The translations under genes and the position numbers were made by a program. Source: Ministeria vibrans ATCC 50519 (taxonomy: Eukaryota > Protista > Filasterea). Taken from it: 64,000 nt of DNA. Each line of letters opens with the position of its first letter. Position 1 is the first letter of the stretch. The DNA lies in contig CALSCP010002128.1 in assembly GCA_943704425.1 (NCBI GenBank), positions 1-64,000 of the forward strand. The letters run 5' to 3'. This document shows positions 13,135-28,607 of the stretch, one piece after another. The notes under the pieces were generated by a model, which ran no database searches, was not told where the DNA came from, and was given only the letters and a program-made list of their open reading frames with translations.

Positions 13135-16100
13135 CAGCCCCCAAGAAAAACACAATGTTTGCGTGTCGAAGCGAGCGCAAGAGACGCACTTCACGATCAA
13201 ACTCCAAAATAGACTCGGAATCAGACTCCATCACAGCCTCCTTCAGCACCTTGATCGCCACCTTCATCTCTCCATACTCGCCCAACCTACACAAAAACGG
13301 TGAGAGCTCACTCACACACTTACACAAGCACCCAACGACTCCCACACTTTGCAACTTTCGTCGCTTTTCTCATTCCATTACTTACCCACTCGCTTACTCT
13401 TATTCACACTCCTCACTCTCTTCACTCTCCTCACTCTCCTCACTCTCCTCACTCTCCTCACTCTCTTCACTTCCCTCACTCTCTTCACTCTTATCACTCT
13501 TACCAGACTTCTCCACAGGCACCTTCGTCAACCTTGCGCACCAGCTTGAGCTCGTTCATGTCAATGTGAAAGGCACGGTTGAGCTCGCGCACCTCCTGCT
13601 CCGTCTTGTGCAACAGTTTCTCGTAGTGCTCCTGACCGTACTTGTAGCGACGCGCACGACGACGGTTGCGAATAACGGCGAACAAACATACAATGACAAT
13701 GAGCAGCACGACCGACACAATGACGCCGACCCACGGAAAGGTGCACCGGTCGACGGAGAGATAGCCAGGCTGACACACACAGTTGGCGGTAAAGGAACCC
13801 TTCTGAAGGGCACACGTCCCGTGACCATTGCAATAGTTGGGCTTGCACTCGCTACACGCCGTGTCCGCCACCGCACCAATGATGGGCGAATAGCTCGAGC
13901 CGGGACACATCTTGCACGCCGTTAGACCCACCGTGTCGCTGTATTCGCCCATGGCACAAGGAGTACACCCTTGCCGGAAGAAATCGGGGCTGCTCGAGCC
14001 AAGAGAGCAACCGGGCGACAGTCGCGCAAGACTGTTCACCGTAGAGATCACCTGAAAGCCCCCAAATAAGTACATTGTGGCGCCCACACGCGTCGCCGAG
14101 GCCATCGACGTGGCCGGGAGCGCACCGGTCGTGTGCAGTGCCTCCCACTTGCCCGTGGAAAGGTCAAACATTACAGTACTGTTGAGCACCTCCTGCGTCT
14201 CCGTCGTGTTCAGTAGCTCTACGTCGCCACCGGTGGTCACAATGAACTTGGTGCCAAACGCCGCGCTGGCCGCCAGATATCGTGCACCCACAAAGGACGG
14301 TGCGGCACCGAGCGTGCTCCACACAAGTCCGTCGTACAGCCACAAGTCGTCAAAATGAAAATCGGTCAGATTGGTTCCGCCAAACACCGCAAGCACACTG
14401 GTGCCATCGTCGCGATCGAGCACTTGTGCAGCATGGTAGAGACGCGGCGCGGGCACGCGTGGTCCCTGGTCGACTTCGCGCCACTGTGCGAGCTCAAGGT
14501 CAAAGAGAAACATCGCATTGGAAATGGCAAGCCCGCTGGGGTCTTCAGGCGGCACCGAGTAGCCACCCCACACGAGCATCTGGTTGTGAAACACATTGGC
14601 AGAGTGACCCGCACGGCCATACTCGGGTGCAGTGCCGGTGGCATTTGCCACACGCTCCCAATGCAAACGGACCGTATCAAAGAGCAGCAAATCGGCAAGC
14701 GTCGGGTGGGACATGGCAAACGTCTCGCCTCCCGTGCCACCGTACATGAGCACAACTGGATACGCATTCTTCTCGAAAAGAGACTCGCGCGTGAGCGTGA
14801 CAAGTGTATGTAAGCAACGGCGCGCCAGCCCGCCACCATCTGCGCTTTCCGTGAGCACCTGCTGCCATGTTTCGTTTTGCGTGTTGAAAAGAAACGTGTC
14901 GTTGTGCAGGTAGGATGAGATGAGAAACTGTTGAAGACCGCCAAAGATGAGAATGTTGTTGTCGTAGGTAGCGACTGGCGTGAGACCACGCGCAGAAGGG
15001 ACAGTGGGCGACGACTCAGATGAGAGTTCGCTCCACGAAGCGTAGCGCAGGCGCAGCGAGAGTGCATAGGCATCGTCGATGACTGCGCCCGAGACCACCG
15101 AAAGACCCCCCAGCATGACCATGGTCGCCTCACTGTCAGCCTTATTGTTCATGTCAGATGGCAGCACAGCGCCCGTTGCGCCGGTACGTGCGGTCGGAGA
15201 ATTGTCGCTGACAAGCTCGGTCCACACGCCGCGTGACGAGCCGCCGACAAAGGTGAACGAGTAGACAGTCTGGCCGCCAATGTTGTCCACAATGCCGCCC
15301 CAGCTGTAGAGAAACTTGTCGTTTGTAGCACACACTTGGCTGTACATGGGCTCAATGGGATTGGTGGTGTTGAGCACCTCATTCCACTCGCGCGAGGTCA
15401 CATCAAAGGCCCACACATCGTCAAAGACCGACGGAATGTCCAGGTACGTGCCCACCGATAGTCCTCCAAACAGCACCACCGCTTGTGAAATACCCAGTGG
15501 GTCCACAGCAATCATACCGGCACAGCTCATTTGACGAGCAGGAGGACCCACCAGAGGCGAGATTTCCGTCCACTCGTTGGTGGCCGTCTCGAAGATCCAC
15601 GTTGAGTTGTACGCGAAGAAGGCATTGATGTTGCCCGTGCCACCAAAGATAAACAGTTGGGCATTGGGAAGCGCCGTAGCAACGTGCATGGCGCGACGTT
15701 GAGGTAGCAGATGCGAGCTAGGGTGGACTTGGACCCAGGCGTCACCGACGGTATCAAAGTACCACAGGTCGTTGAAGTACTCACCCGTCTCGGCGTTGAG
15801 GCCGCCAAAGAGATACGCAACGTCGCCACCATTGACTGTGAGGGTTGTGAGCGTGTGGCCCATGCGGGCGGGTGGGTTGGTCGACGGAAAGAGACGATAG
15901 TAGGCGTTGAGAGAGGGAATGAAGAGCCAAGTGTCGTTGTGCTGCACATTGGCCGAGGGCGAGAAGCCGCCAAAGTACAGCACAACCGTGACGGGGATGA
16001 CCGCATCATCCAAGGTTACGTTCGACAGCGCCGTGGCCGCGGCAAAAAAACGAGCCTGAAGCGGAAACGGGAAAGAGAAGGAGAGATGTGAGAAAGTGAA

Positions 16101-16491
16101 ACACACGAGCGAAGGAAAAGAAAAAAACGAAGAGAAAAACAGACGAAGAAGGATAGAAAGGAGGTGTATACGGCTGGATGGAGGTTCTTGGCGACCACAG
16201 TGGACCAGTCGTTGCCGTCGACGAGCACGCTTGCGTTGGGATAGAGCGGGGACGGCGGGACAGCGGGTGGCGGCGTGTCTGCGTCGCCACGGGCCTGCGA
16301 CGGGCCGTGTGGGGCATGCAGAGGGCGCAGGGGCTCTGGGACGGCCTAGAGGGGAGGGAGGGGAGCAGGCGGAGATCAGCGGAGTACAAACCTGTCGATG
16401 TCAGATGACAAATTATTACAAACGCAAGAGGGTCGTGGATCGATCGACAGTCATGCACCAACACAAGGAGCAGCAGCAATAACTTCCACAT
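13135..16491 (-). CDS. Receptor-type protein kinase: signal peptide, kelch repeats, Cys-rich repeat, EGF, TM, kinase N-lobe only (3' end missing)
   Basis: MWKLLLLLLVLV signal; many kelch motifs (YLFGG, FIFGG, VLFGG, LVWGG with downstream W); CTPCAMGEYS..CKMCP; CNGHGTC EGF; TM VIVSVVLLIVIVCLFAVI; EGACGEVW|...VAIK...EFDREV...HANIVFFLGA, then no HRD/DFG exons. Confidence 0.85.
13405..13500. repeat. 9-bp intronic minisatellite (CTCACTCTC-like)
   Basis: Tandem cctcactct/cttcactct units inside an intron of the kelch kinase. Confidence 0.8.
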
Positions 16492-16619
16492 GGTTATTGA
16501 GAGAGTGAGGAATGGAAATTTTAAAATTATATTTTAATCAATTTTATCAACAAAAAATCACAGAACTTCGAATTGAGTCTCTAATCTCTATTCTGTACTC
16601 TCGAATCATTATTTAAGTC

Positions 16620-16749
16620 ATGATCTCTGGACTGTTCTTCTTCTCGCAAAAGGGCGATGTCCTTTTGTCAAGAGTGTACCGTGACGGCATTGGGTAGGCG
16701 CATATAAATATCTTCATTTCTTCTCATTTTCACTTTTTGACCATTTTTC

Positions 16750-16780
<31 letters not shown>

Positions 16781-18846
16781 TTTATCGATCCATTTCGTAT
16801 TCTCATCGTTGTGCGTCTTCTTCTGTGCAGCAAGGCGGCCGGTGACGTATTTCGCGTCAACGTCATCCACTCGCGCCACCAGGTAGAGCCAGAGAATCCC
16901 TTCAACTGTCTTTTTTCTTCTCTTTTTTTTCCTCTCTCTCTCTTCTCTCTCTCTTCTCTCTCAACCGCTCTCTGTCGCTTTAATCGCAGGTTCGCAACCC
17001 CGTGGTGGTGATCAACCGGTCGAGCTACTTCCACCTGAAGCTGTCCAACAACGTGTGGCTGGTGGCGGTCGTCAAGAACAACGCCAATGCGATGATGGTC
17101 TTTGAGTTTCTGCGCCGCTTCTCGACGCTCCTTGCGGGCTATTTCGGGGCGGGCAAGGCCGACGCGCTCAACGAGGAGGCGATCCGCAACAACTTTGTCA
17201 TTATCTACGAACTCCTCGATGGTGAGAGCCGCCGCAAGCGACCACACCCGCTCTAACAAGTGTTTTGTGCGTTGTATTGTCTCCTTCTCTCAGAGTGCGT
17301 CGATTTTGGTTACCCACAGAACACAGACGCCGGCACGCTGAAGCAATACATTATGAACGACAGCGTAAAAGAGGTAAACGTGACAGCACTCCCATTGATG
17401 ATAATATTGTTTTGATTTGAATATTTTGTGTGTGTGTGTGTGTGTGTGTGTTTTTGGACGCTGTATATTGTTTTTGTCTCAGGTGGTCAGCGTTGGCGAT
17501 CAGAGCAAACTGACGTCGCAAGTGACGGGCGTGACAAGCTGGCGTCAGGAAGGCTTGAAATACCGCAAAAACCAAGTGTGGCTTGATGTCATTGAGTCGG
17601 TGGATCTCCTGATGGCTCCCGACGGTACCAGTCAACCGAGGAAATAGAATGTTTATATCACTGTTCTCTGATTGTGCCTATATATTGTTTGGTTTTTAAT
17701 TTATATGTATAGGAACGCCATTGGAGTCGCACGTGAAAGGGTCGATCCAGATGAAGTGCTATCTGTCGGGGATGCCCGAGTGCAAGTTTGGGCTCAACGA
17801 CAAGCTGGTGTACGACGGTGAAGGGCGCACGAGCAAAGGGAAGAAGCTGATCAACATTGACGACTGCACATTCCACCAGTGTGTCAGACTGGGTCGCTTT
17901 GAGAAGGAGCGCTCAATCAGGTGCGGGGAAAGGAAACTGAACGAGAGGCATTGAAAGAGAGAGACTCATTGAGTGTGTAGTTTTATTCCTCCTGATGGAC
18001 AATTTGAGCTGATGAGCTTCCGCACCTCTGAGAACATCTCACTGCCCTTCCGTGTTGTGCCCATTGTCAAAGTGTCTCAGGGCGTTGTCGATCTGCGTAT
18101 CATTGTCAAGGCGCTCTTTAAGCCACAGTTTGTCGCAAACAATGTTGAAGTACGTGATAATATTGAATTACTAGACAGTTTATTTTTGACATTGATTTGG
18201 TGTGCATCTTTGTTTTCTTTTGTCAAGGTGCGCATTCCATTGCCCAAGAACACCGCCCAAGTCAACAAACTCAAGGACGTGCGAGTGGGTCGTGCAAAGT
18301 ACAAGTCAGCCGACAATGCACTGGTCTGGCGGTACGCACTTATGATTATTCTGCTTTATCGCCTGTTTTTCTGTCACTTTGTTTCGTTCCCTCAATCACT
18401 TTTTGTTTACATCTCCTCAAACTGCATCAGTTTGTTTCTTTTTTCTCTATCACTTTGTTTCTTTCTCTATCACTTTTGTTTTTTTCTCCCTTCTTTCTCT
18501 CTGATGTGTGATTGACATTGTGGTTTGTCTTCTGTGCAGTTTGCGGCAGATGGCGGGTCACACTGAGGCGACCTTGGTGGCGGAAATTGAGCTGCTCAAC
18601 ACGACGGACAAGAAGGCGGGATGGCACAAGCCAAACATCTCAATGTCCTTCCAGGTACAAACGTATCAGGCCATCTTGAATAGCTTATTGACTAACACGC
18701 ACACGCACATTTCTCAGGTGCCCATGTTTACTGCGTCGGGTCTCGTTGTGCGCTATCTCAAGGTTGTTGAGTCGAAGCTGGACTACCACGCCACAAAGTG
18801 GGTCCGTTACCTCACAAAGGCCGGCACTTACGAAATTCGCACTTAA
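16620..18846 (+). CDS. AP2M1: AP-2 complex subunit mu, multi-exon
   Basis: [22 protein letters not shown]; [12 protein letters not shown]; [12 protein letters not shown]; [14 protein letters not shown]; [11 protein letters not shown]; [11 protein letters not shown]; [21 protein letters not shown]. Confidence 0.95.
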
Positions 18847-19002
18847 CTCTCACTCTCCGTTTTTCTTTTTATTGAAATCCTTCTTTTTATTTCATCTAAA
18901 ATGACCGTGATATGAGCTTCTATTCGCACTTTAACTCACTCCCTTTTCTTTTTACATCGAAATCCTTTTATTACATTTAAAATGACCGTGATATGAGCTC
19001 CT
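18835..19002. repeat. Diverged tandem duplication (~85-bp unit) covering the AP2M1 and MCM10 stop regions
   Basis: attcgcactt(t)aact...gaaatcctt...aaaatgaccgtgatatgagct occurs at 18835-18921 and again at 18922-19002. Confidence 0.85.
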
Positions 19003-20541
19003 GCTCTTTTGGAGTAATCACTCCCAAATGGAGCTTCTCCTCTCGAATCATTCCAACCGATTTGTACTGATCGCGCGCACGGCATCGCCTAAAGTACCAG
19101 AGAGAGGAAAGGTACAAAAGGTGGTCCAAGAGAGAGAGTAAGTAAGTCAGAGTGAGTGAGACAGATGAAGGACGAGACACAAACAGGTGAGACGAAGCGA
19201 GTCGGAAGCACAAAGTGTGTGTGGAAGTCAGAAAGGAGCACCGACAATGAGGAACAGGAAGAGTCAAAGGCAGAATGTAAAAACAATCCGAAAAAAGAAG
19301 GCAACTCAAGACGTCAAGAGAGATCCCAATCAAATTAAACGTCAAAAAGCTATCAAAGCTCTGCAAATAGTTTCTGTCACGTACCCACAAGGCTCTTTCG
19401 GCATCGCAAACAGACCCGAAGTGCCAAACCCAAACGTTCGATTCTGACATTTCTGTTGTATTGACAATGCACACAATTCATATCCGTATGTCAGTCTCCC
19501 ACAAACTATTTTCTCTAAACCCTTTTCGTGTTCTCTTACTTTACACTCGAAAAACCACTTTTGCGTTTGAATCTTTTCAATGGTGTGATGCTTGGTCTTG
19601 CACAGCTCACGAGCCTTCGACAGTAACCCATCATTGCACTACACAATAATATGAAAGTATTACGTCACTCACTTGCTCTCATTCTTTCTTTCTCAGAGAG
19701 CCTATACCTCTCGACACTGAAAGGCAGTTGCTTTGACGGACAGTGTTTTGCGCAGATGATCCGCACTTGCGTCCAGCTTGCCCATGTGGTCCCAGTACTT
19801 CTTGCGATGCTCTGCCTCTCCGTCGTCAATCACTGCCGCATACTGTGACTGCGCCTCACTTGCACTCGAGCCCACCTCACCAAAACAACTTGCCAGTTTG
19901 CGCGTGCGTCCACTCTCACTCGCCCGCTCCCGTTCCTTCCGTCGCTCTTCCCGCTCGTACGAATACAGTCCCCTCTCGTCCTCCTCCGACTCAAAACCAT
20001 CGCCGCCACCCCGGCTTCCTCGCTCCCCTGTCCGCTCCTTTCTCTTCCGCTTCCGCTCCATCTCCTCTTCCACCTCTAGCGCCGTTCGACCGCGCTTCAA
20101 CGCACCCCCCGCATTCAAACTCAACGCATTGGGATCCGCTCGACGTACCCCGCCACGCTGTCGAATCCGCTCAGCCAGTCGTGCACGTACCGCCTCGTCG
20201 CTCGCATCCGTCTGCTCCAGACGTCCACTCAGCGAAAATTTCGTCGAGTCGTGCGTCTCCTCAAAGCCAATCTCCATCTCCCGCTCGCGCATCTCTCGCT
20301 CCTCCTCCGCCTTCTGCTTCTCTACTTCATCGTCGTCGGGTGGTCGGATACCCGTGCGTGGATTGTAGCCCAACTTGCGCATCATCGACAGTGGCATCGA
20401 GTACTGCATTCCGTCACGCTCTTCCCGTCGCTTCAGCTCTTCTCGTCCCTATGCAACAAACAAAAAAATGTTCAAGTCAATGCACAGCATGATGGTTGCC
20501 CTCTATCTCTATAATTATATATAATTATATAATAATCATAA

Positions 20542-20572
<31 letters not shown>

Positions 20573-23075
20573 TATTATTATAATAATAATAATTATTATA
20601 ATTATTATTATTATAATTATAATTATATATATATATATATTACCGCTTCACTGGCAGCAAGTACAGTACGCACCGCACGCGACATTGGCAGGTGCTCGGC
20701 AATGACCTTGGCCTTCAGCTTGCCCGCCCCTTTGCCTTTGCTCTGTTCACTTGAGCCCGACGTGGCTGCTCGCTCGCGGCTCTCGGGTGTCTCTCGCTCG
20801 TCCATCACCACTCGACCTGCAACCGTGTACGACGCAACGCCACTCGTCTGTCCCGGCACCTCCAGCTTAACCCCGTTCTGCTGAGCCGTTGCAATTGCCG
20901 CCGCACGTGCGTGTGTCGACAACTGTTTGCTCCCGCGTCCACCTGAGCTACCACCGCTGCCCTTGGGCATCCCCGGACGACTCTTCACAATCTCGTTGAC
21001 CTTGCGCTCACCCATAGACTGCTGCGCCGCTGCCATGGCCGCAGCCGAGTCCCCCGTGCGTCCACCAAAACCCCCACTTCGGTCGACGATGGTGCGGCCC
21101 GGCAGTACAGCGCCCGCCTTGAGCCCCAAATCAAGTGCGGTCGATCGAAATGCCTGAGGACGTGTCGCTTTGAGCTTCTTGTAATGTGCCGTCGAGTGGA
21201 ACGTGCACACTTCCGAAACGCCTTTGTTGATCACATTGGTGCACTGTGAGCCGTTCTTGCACATGCTCTTGCAAAAGCCAAAGTCCATTGCCGTTCCAAT
21301 CTCAAGCAGTTTGGCTGGATGGTCAATTTTCAGAGAGGGTTCCTAAGGACACACAATACAAGTGTGTGAGAGGCGAGGAATAAGAAGCAAGCAAGTAAGC
21401 AAGCAAACAGAGGCAAACATACCTTGTCTGCTTCGTGTGCGGGAATAATCTCTGGGTTGAGCAAGGCAATGACTGTGCCGGGAACAATGCGCCAGTGGGT
21501 CTTGTAGACGTCGCCATGGCCCCAGAAAGGCAGCTCGCACCCGTCGAGGTTGTTGAGACGGAAATGGAAGTACTGACTGCCGTACTGGCCCTTTTTGGTG
21601 CTCTTGGATGCGACCACGGCGACCGTCACCCAGTCGGTCGTGCGCACAATGGGATCACGTTTGGTGCCTGTCACCTGTGTGCCGTGCGCCTGAGCGACGA
21701 ACCGGCGGATCTTCGCGAGAGGGACAAACTGGCGTTTGGTGGAGCCACCGTCAATGTACGAGCGAAAGGTACTCGAGGAAATGAGGCGGTTGCTGACGCG
21801 CAGTCGCGAGAATTCTTCTAGTGACGGTGCAGAAGAGACGGAGGAAGCGTGGGGGGTTGCACTGCGCGCGCTGGCTACTGGCATATCGTCAGGCACCACT
21901 TGCTTGTGACCGCGCTCTGGTGGCGCTGCCTGGCATTGCTTCTCGAGTGCCGCCTCTTTCTCCTCGGGCGTCATGAATGCCGTCATGAGAAGCTTCTTCT
22001 TCGGGGGTGAGCTTGGCGCGTTGGGTGTGGCGGTGGTACTGGCGGTGGTAGCGGTGGACGGGGTGGTTGGTGCGGTGCGCTTCACGTTCTTTCCGATGGC
22101 ACTCGACAAGGAAGTGGCGGTGGTGGTGGGGCGGTGAATGGAGTCGCCATTGCTGGAAATGGGTGTTGAAGAGGAGGTAGTGCTGCTTGTCTTGGTAGTG
22201 GAGTAAGATGAGAGTGAACGACGTGCTCCATCGGTCGTCTGTGTCTTTGGTAAGGTTGCCGACGTGCCTTTTGTCGAGGACGCAGTGGGTTGTGGGGCAG
22301 CCGACTTGGTCGTGTCCGACCCGATTCGGTAGGTTTTGCGCTCAGACGACAAGGAGGACAACTTGGATGCCGACGACAGCGACGCTGCTGCTGCTACTGA
22401 TGATGATGATGATGATGATGGTGCTGATGATGACACTGACGATGACACTGCCGATGAGGATGATGTGACTCTGGCCCGTACTCGCTTCGCATTCGACAGT
22501 TCCATTTGAAGGCGCTTAATCATAGCATCACGTTCGACAAGCTTCGCTTTGAGTAGAGCAATCTCATCGAGCAGTTCAGAGGGCGACCTAACGAGTGATT
22601 TTAGATTTCTTTTTTGTAAATTGGCGCGTAAAAGTCTCATTTTCGCAATCGTCTCTTACTTGTCGGTTGACGAGAAATTGAGCGCCCAAGCGTCATCATC
22701 ACTGTCGTCGTCGAGTGCAGCGTTGGCATCAGCGTCGTTTCCGTCATGCTGATCGCTTGAAGTGGCCGTTTCAGTCGACTTGAGTAGTTTCGTCGCGATG
22801 GTGGACGGTACAGCGACTTGCAGAGATGCAGCGGGCTTGACGGAGCTTGTGACGGTCGGTCGTTTGCCCACAAGTCCGCCGACGGACGGGGTGGACGAGT
22901 CGGACGACAGGGAGGGCGCAGAGGCGCGAAGTGCGCCAACTTGTTCATCTTCTGAGGACGACATGGCCTTCCCATCATTTGCATCGTCGTCGTCGTCGTC
23001 AGAGCATTCGTCCATTTGCTGTAATAGTAGATCTAGACGGTCTTCGTCCTCTGCACACGTGACTGTGGAGTCCAT
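18977..23075 (-). CDS. MCM10: DNA replication factor MCM10, multi-exon
   Basis: OB-fold core (EEFSRLRVSNRLISS, DWVTVAVVASKS, GTVIALLNPEI), CCCH finger DFGFCKSMCKNGSQCTNVINKGVSEVCTFH, and a C-terminal Cys-rich domain (AFQCRE..C..HHTI..KWFFEC..IREEKL). Confidence 0.92.
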
Positions 23076-23172
23076 CTTCAAAAAAATGAGAAAATTCAAC
23101 TCAAGTCTTATTCAACTTCTGATTTCTGTGGATTGATTTCTGAATTCTGACACTCATTTCTCCTCTTCCGTG

Positions 23173-26100
23173 ATGAACTCCAACATCCCGCCCAAGAGTG
23201 ACATTGGCCGCATCCGGAGCGCCATTGCAGAGGCTGGCGAGGCTAAGAAGCGCCATTTCGCGGAGGGCACGTACACCAACCACCTCGCCTGGCTGCACGA
23301 AGCGGAACGGCGCATTGTGGCCAAGACCAAGGAGGATCCCGCCCACATTCCATGTCTTCAGACCCCTGCAGCGTCACGACGACACCCGAAACAGCCTATT
23401 ACTGCTAATGCGGTACTCAATTTTGTGTGTTTTTTTTTAAAAAAATATTTTGAAAAAAAAAACGTTTTTGAATTTTGGTCTGTCCAATCGTGGCAATTCC
23501 TCGGCCTCCCGTGCCATGTGCTTCCCTCCTTTCCTCTTTTCACCCTACGTGCTGTTGTTGGTGAGCGTGGTGTGCGTCCACATTCGTTTTCTTCTTTAGT
23601 CTCGTCGATTTTTTTTTTTCTCTCTCTCTCTTGTTCATTTTTCTCATTGTCTGGTTGTTTGTTAGGAACTTGAGCTCAAGGAGGCAGAAATGTCTAGCAC
23701 TGATGCAAAGACGACCACGGCGGACGAGGCGCGGCGAGGCGAGGCTTTGAACAGAGACGATGCGACGGACGCGTTTGAATTTGACGGAGAGGCGACGGCG
23801 GACGTGTCAGGGGCCAGGACGGCTGCTGAGGGCCCTGACACGGTGATTCGCAAGAAGACAAGGCGCGCCAAGGCTCCAGCGACCGCGGCGCAAGAGGAGG
23901 AGGAGGAGGAGGAGGCGGCGGCTGTGCCGGCAACGACACGCACAACACGGTCACGACGGACTGTGGCGGAAACAGCCCAGCCTGCAACGAGAGCAACGCG
24001 GCGCACGGCCGCAGCCGCCGGACTGGACGACGAAGGAGCAATGGCGCCCGAGCCAACGGTGGCAGTGGGACGGAAACGCAGCAAGCGAGGCGAAGAGAAG
24101 AAGGAGACGTTGAGCCAACCTATGGAAGTAGAGAGTGAGGATGAGAAGCAGGCAACAACAACGGCTACAACAACAACGGCTACAACAACAACGGCTACAA
24201 CAACAACGGCTACTACTACTACCACTACTCCAGTTGTAACGCCAACCAAGTCGGTCAAGGACAAGGTGAAGGCATGGCACGGTGTGATTGAGGCGTCGAC
24301 GCCCCGGGGCAAGTCACTTGTGTCGCCACCACCGAGCAGCTGTGGACGCGGCGGGAAACGCGGTCCGGCCACCGAAGCAATTGTAGAGCAGTTGATGTCG
24401 CCCAAGAAGACTGCGCCAGTGGCCTCAGCAGCAGAAGCAGCAAGTAGGGTGGTCAAGAAGGGCGGCAAGACGCGCAAGCTGCTGTCCAAGGCGAATCTGG
24501 GACCGCCGTCGCCGCCTGTCGACGACGCGCTTGCATGCGATGTCAAGCCGTCCGCCTTTAAGGGGGTTGCGCCCAGGTCGCTCGTGCTGAGTCTGGTGTC
24601 GCCCAAAAAGGCATCGTCGGAGCAGGAAGAGAAGAAGGAAGAGAAGAAGGCAAAGAAGGCGAAAGAGGAGGCGACAGTGGTTGTACCGGAGAGCACAACG
24701 GCGCCAACCGCAGAAGTAGCAGTCGTGGTAGCAGAGTCGACCACAGTCGAGGGTGAGGGAGGTGCTGAAAGCGAATCAGGAGGAGAGTCGACGATCAAGC
24801 CAGACGGACGAACGACGCGCAAGACGCCGCTGGAGAAGGAGGAAGAAGAAAGAAATGCAGTGCCACAACCCACGGTCACTGAACCGGTGTGTGAGCCAGT
24901 GACTAAGGCTGAGTCGGCGGTGGCTGAGTGTGAGCCAGTGGCTGGGCCTGAGTTGGTAACTGAGCCTGAGTCGGTAACTGAGCCTGAGTCGGTAACTGAG
25001 CCTGAGCCAGTGTGTGGAGTTGCGACTGCTGATATGAAGCGCGAAAGTGTTGCGAGTCGCACTCGCATGTCAAGTGCACTCAGAAGAAGCACACGACAGA
25101 GTGTGGCAGCGCAAAAGGCAGTTGAACCGGAGACGAAGCCAGAAGAAGAAGAAGAAGAAGAAGAAGAAGAGAGCGCTGCGGAGCCATCGAAGAAGAAGGA
25201 TGAGTACCTGGCGTGGCAGAAGAACAAAATTGCAGCAGCACCCACGGGCAAGCGACTGCCCACGCGCAAACGCACTCACAACGGGTCGCCCGTCGTTCAA
25301 GCACAGCCACCACAGACGATCATCACACCACAAAACCAACAAAAACAACAACAACATGCGGCGGCGGCGGTGGCGGCGGTGGTGGCGAGCGTTGCAGGCG
25401 ACGAAGAGGACGACGACGATGATGACGACGGCATCTCACTGCTACAGCCGGTCGTCAAGAAGGCCAAAGTCACTCCCACCAAACCCTCTCTCTCTGCGCC
25501 GGTCGCAGTCTCTGCCGTCGCGCCCGTCTCAAGCGTGGTTGCACCAGAGCCTGAGACGGACGGTGCAGTACCTAAGACGGCTGTGACGTCCAAGATTCGC
25601 GCACTCAAGATTGCCGCAGTGGCACGACGACAGGCGGAGATTAAGGAACGCGAACGGGCGGAGAAGATGAAGAAGAAGGAGCTCAACAATGCGGCAGACG
25701 CGTTGCGCCGACGCAAAGAGGAGCAGGAGAACAAGGAGCGGGCGGCTCGGGCCATGGCAGCCGCAACAACCGCTGCGTCGCTTGTCAAGAAGCCCCTTGT
25801 GGGCACATCGACCGCCAATGTGAAGCCGGTGACCAAGCTGCCAACGATGTCCAAGGCACAGCCACAGCAGCAGCAGCAGCAGCAGAAGCAGACGACGATG
25901 CGAGCCCCTTCGCCCGCTCCGCAGCACAAGAGTCCACTTGCAGGCAAGAAGTCAAAGGTTGCAACGGCACCCACCTACTCCTCCTCCACTTCCACGTCGG
26001 CAGCCATGCGCTCACCTCCAGCCACCAGTCAGGCCAGTGCCCTCGCCAAGGCCGCCACCATTGCTTCTGCACACAAGCAGACGGCGTCTGCGCGCTTCCT

Positions 26101-26532
26101 GGCCTCCCCGCCACCACGCTCTCCCATTATCGCCACAGCTGCAGCACCACCATCGCCATCCGAATGCTCTCCCGTTCAGACCGTCAGCAAGGACAGCTAC
26201 GACCTCAGCCACATGCGCTCCGGCGAAAGCGACGACGAAGAGGCGCCGCGCCAGGAGGTCCCCGCCTGGGCGCGCGGCAAAGACCTGCGCGAAGCCATCA
26301 TCCAGCAGTACCTCACCCAGAAGGACCCCACCAGCGTCTTTGACATGCACTGCTCCCCTCCTAATCTCGCTAAAATGTTCCCTACCAGTCAGAACTCGAG
26401 AATCACCCGAAGAACAAGGTAGAGAAAATGATGTGTGACAGACAAGATGCGATTCGCACTCACTCACCCACACCCTCTCTGTGTAGCTCTGCTATGTCTT
26501 CACCAATGCCGGGTTACCATAGCCCACGCTAA
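23173..26532 (+). CDS. INCENP: Inner centromere protein INCENP, 3 exons
   Basis: N-terminal helix NHLAWLHEAE..LQTP; long disordered middle; charged coiled segment; IN-box SDDEEAPRQEVPAWARG..LREAIIQQY..NLAKMF..RRT|SSA (TSS motif completed by splicing). Confidence 0.88.
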
Positions 26533-26823
26533 GCAAGGATAATTGTTTTGTACAGAGAGCAGTAATGAAAGAAATTTGTGTGTCTTTGAGAGAAAAAAGT
26601 TGTGAAAGAGGTAACTCAAAGAGAGTACCCTTTGGAGTATTTGCGTTAGGTGTGGTAGAGTCTGAAGAAGATTGACAATTTAGGATTAAATTACTACAAA
26701 TTCAAATAAATAATAATATTATTATTCAAAAAAAAAACAAAAAAATCCAAATAATTTGAATAATATCACATCAATTATCCTTTGTGGCCAGTCACCACTC
26801 ACAAGAAAGCAATTATTACACTC

Positions 26824-28518
<1,695 letters not shown>

Positions 28519-28607
28519 ATAAATAGACATTCTGTTTACTCTTTTAGAATATTCATACATTAATATTATGGGTGTTTTTGTGTGTGTATGTGTGTGCGTG
28601 CCGTGTG

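Noticed and set aside
23662-25974. Long antisense ORFs (537 aa, 225 aa) opposite INCENP
   Set aside because: Shadow frames of low-complexity GC-rich coding sequence with no domain signal.
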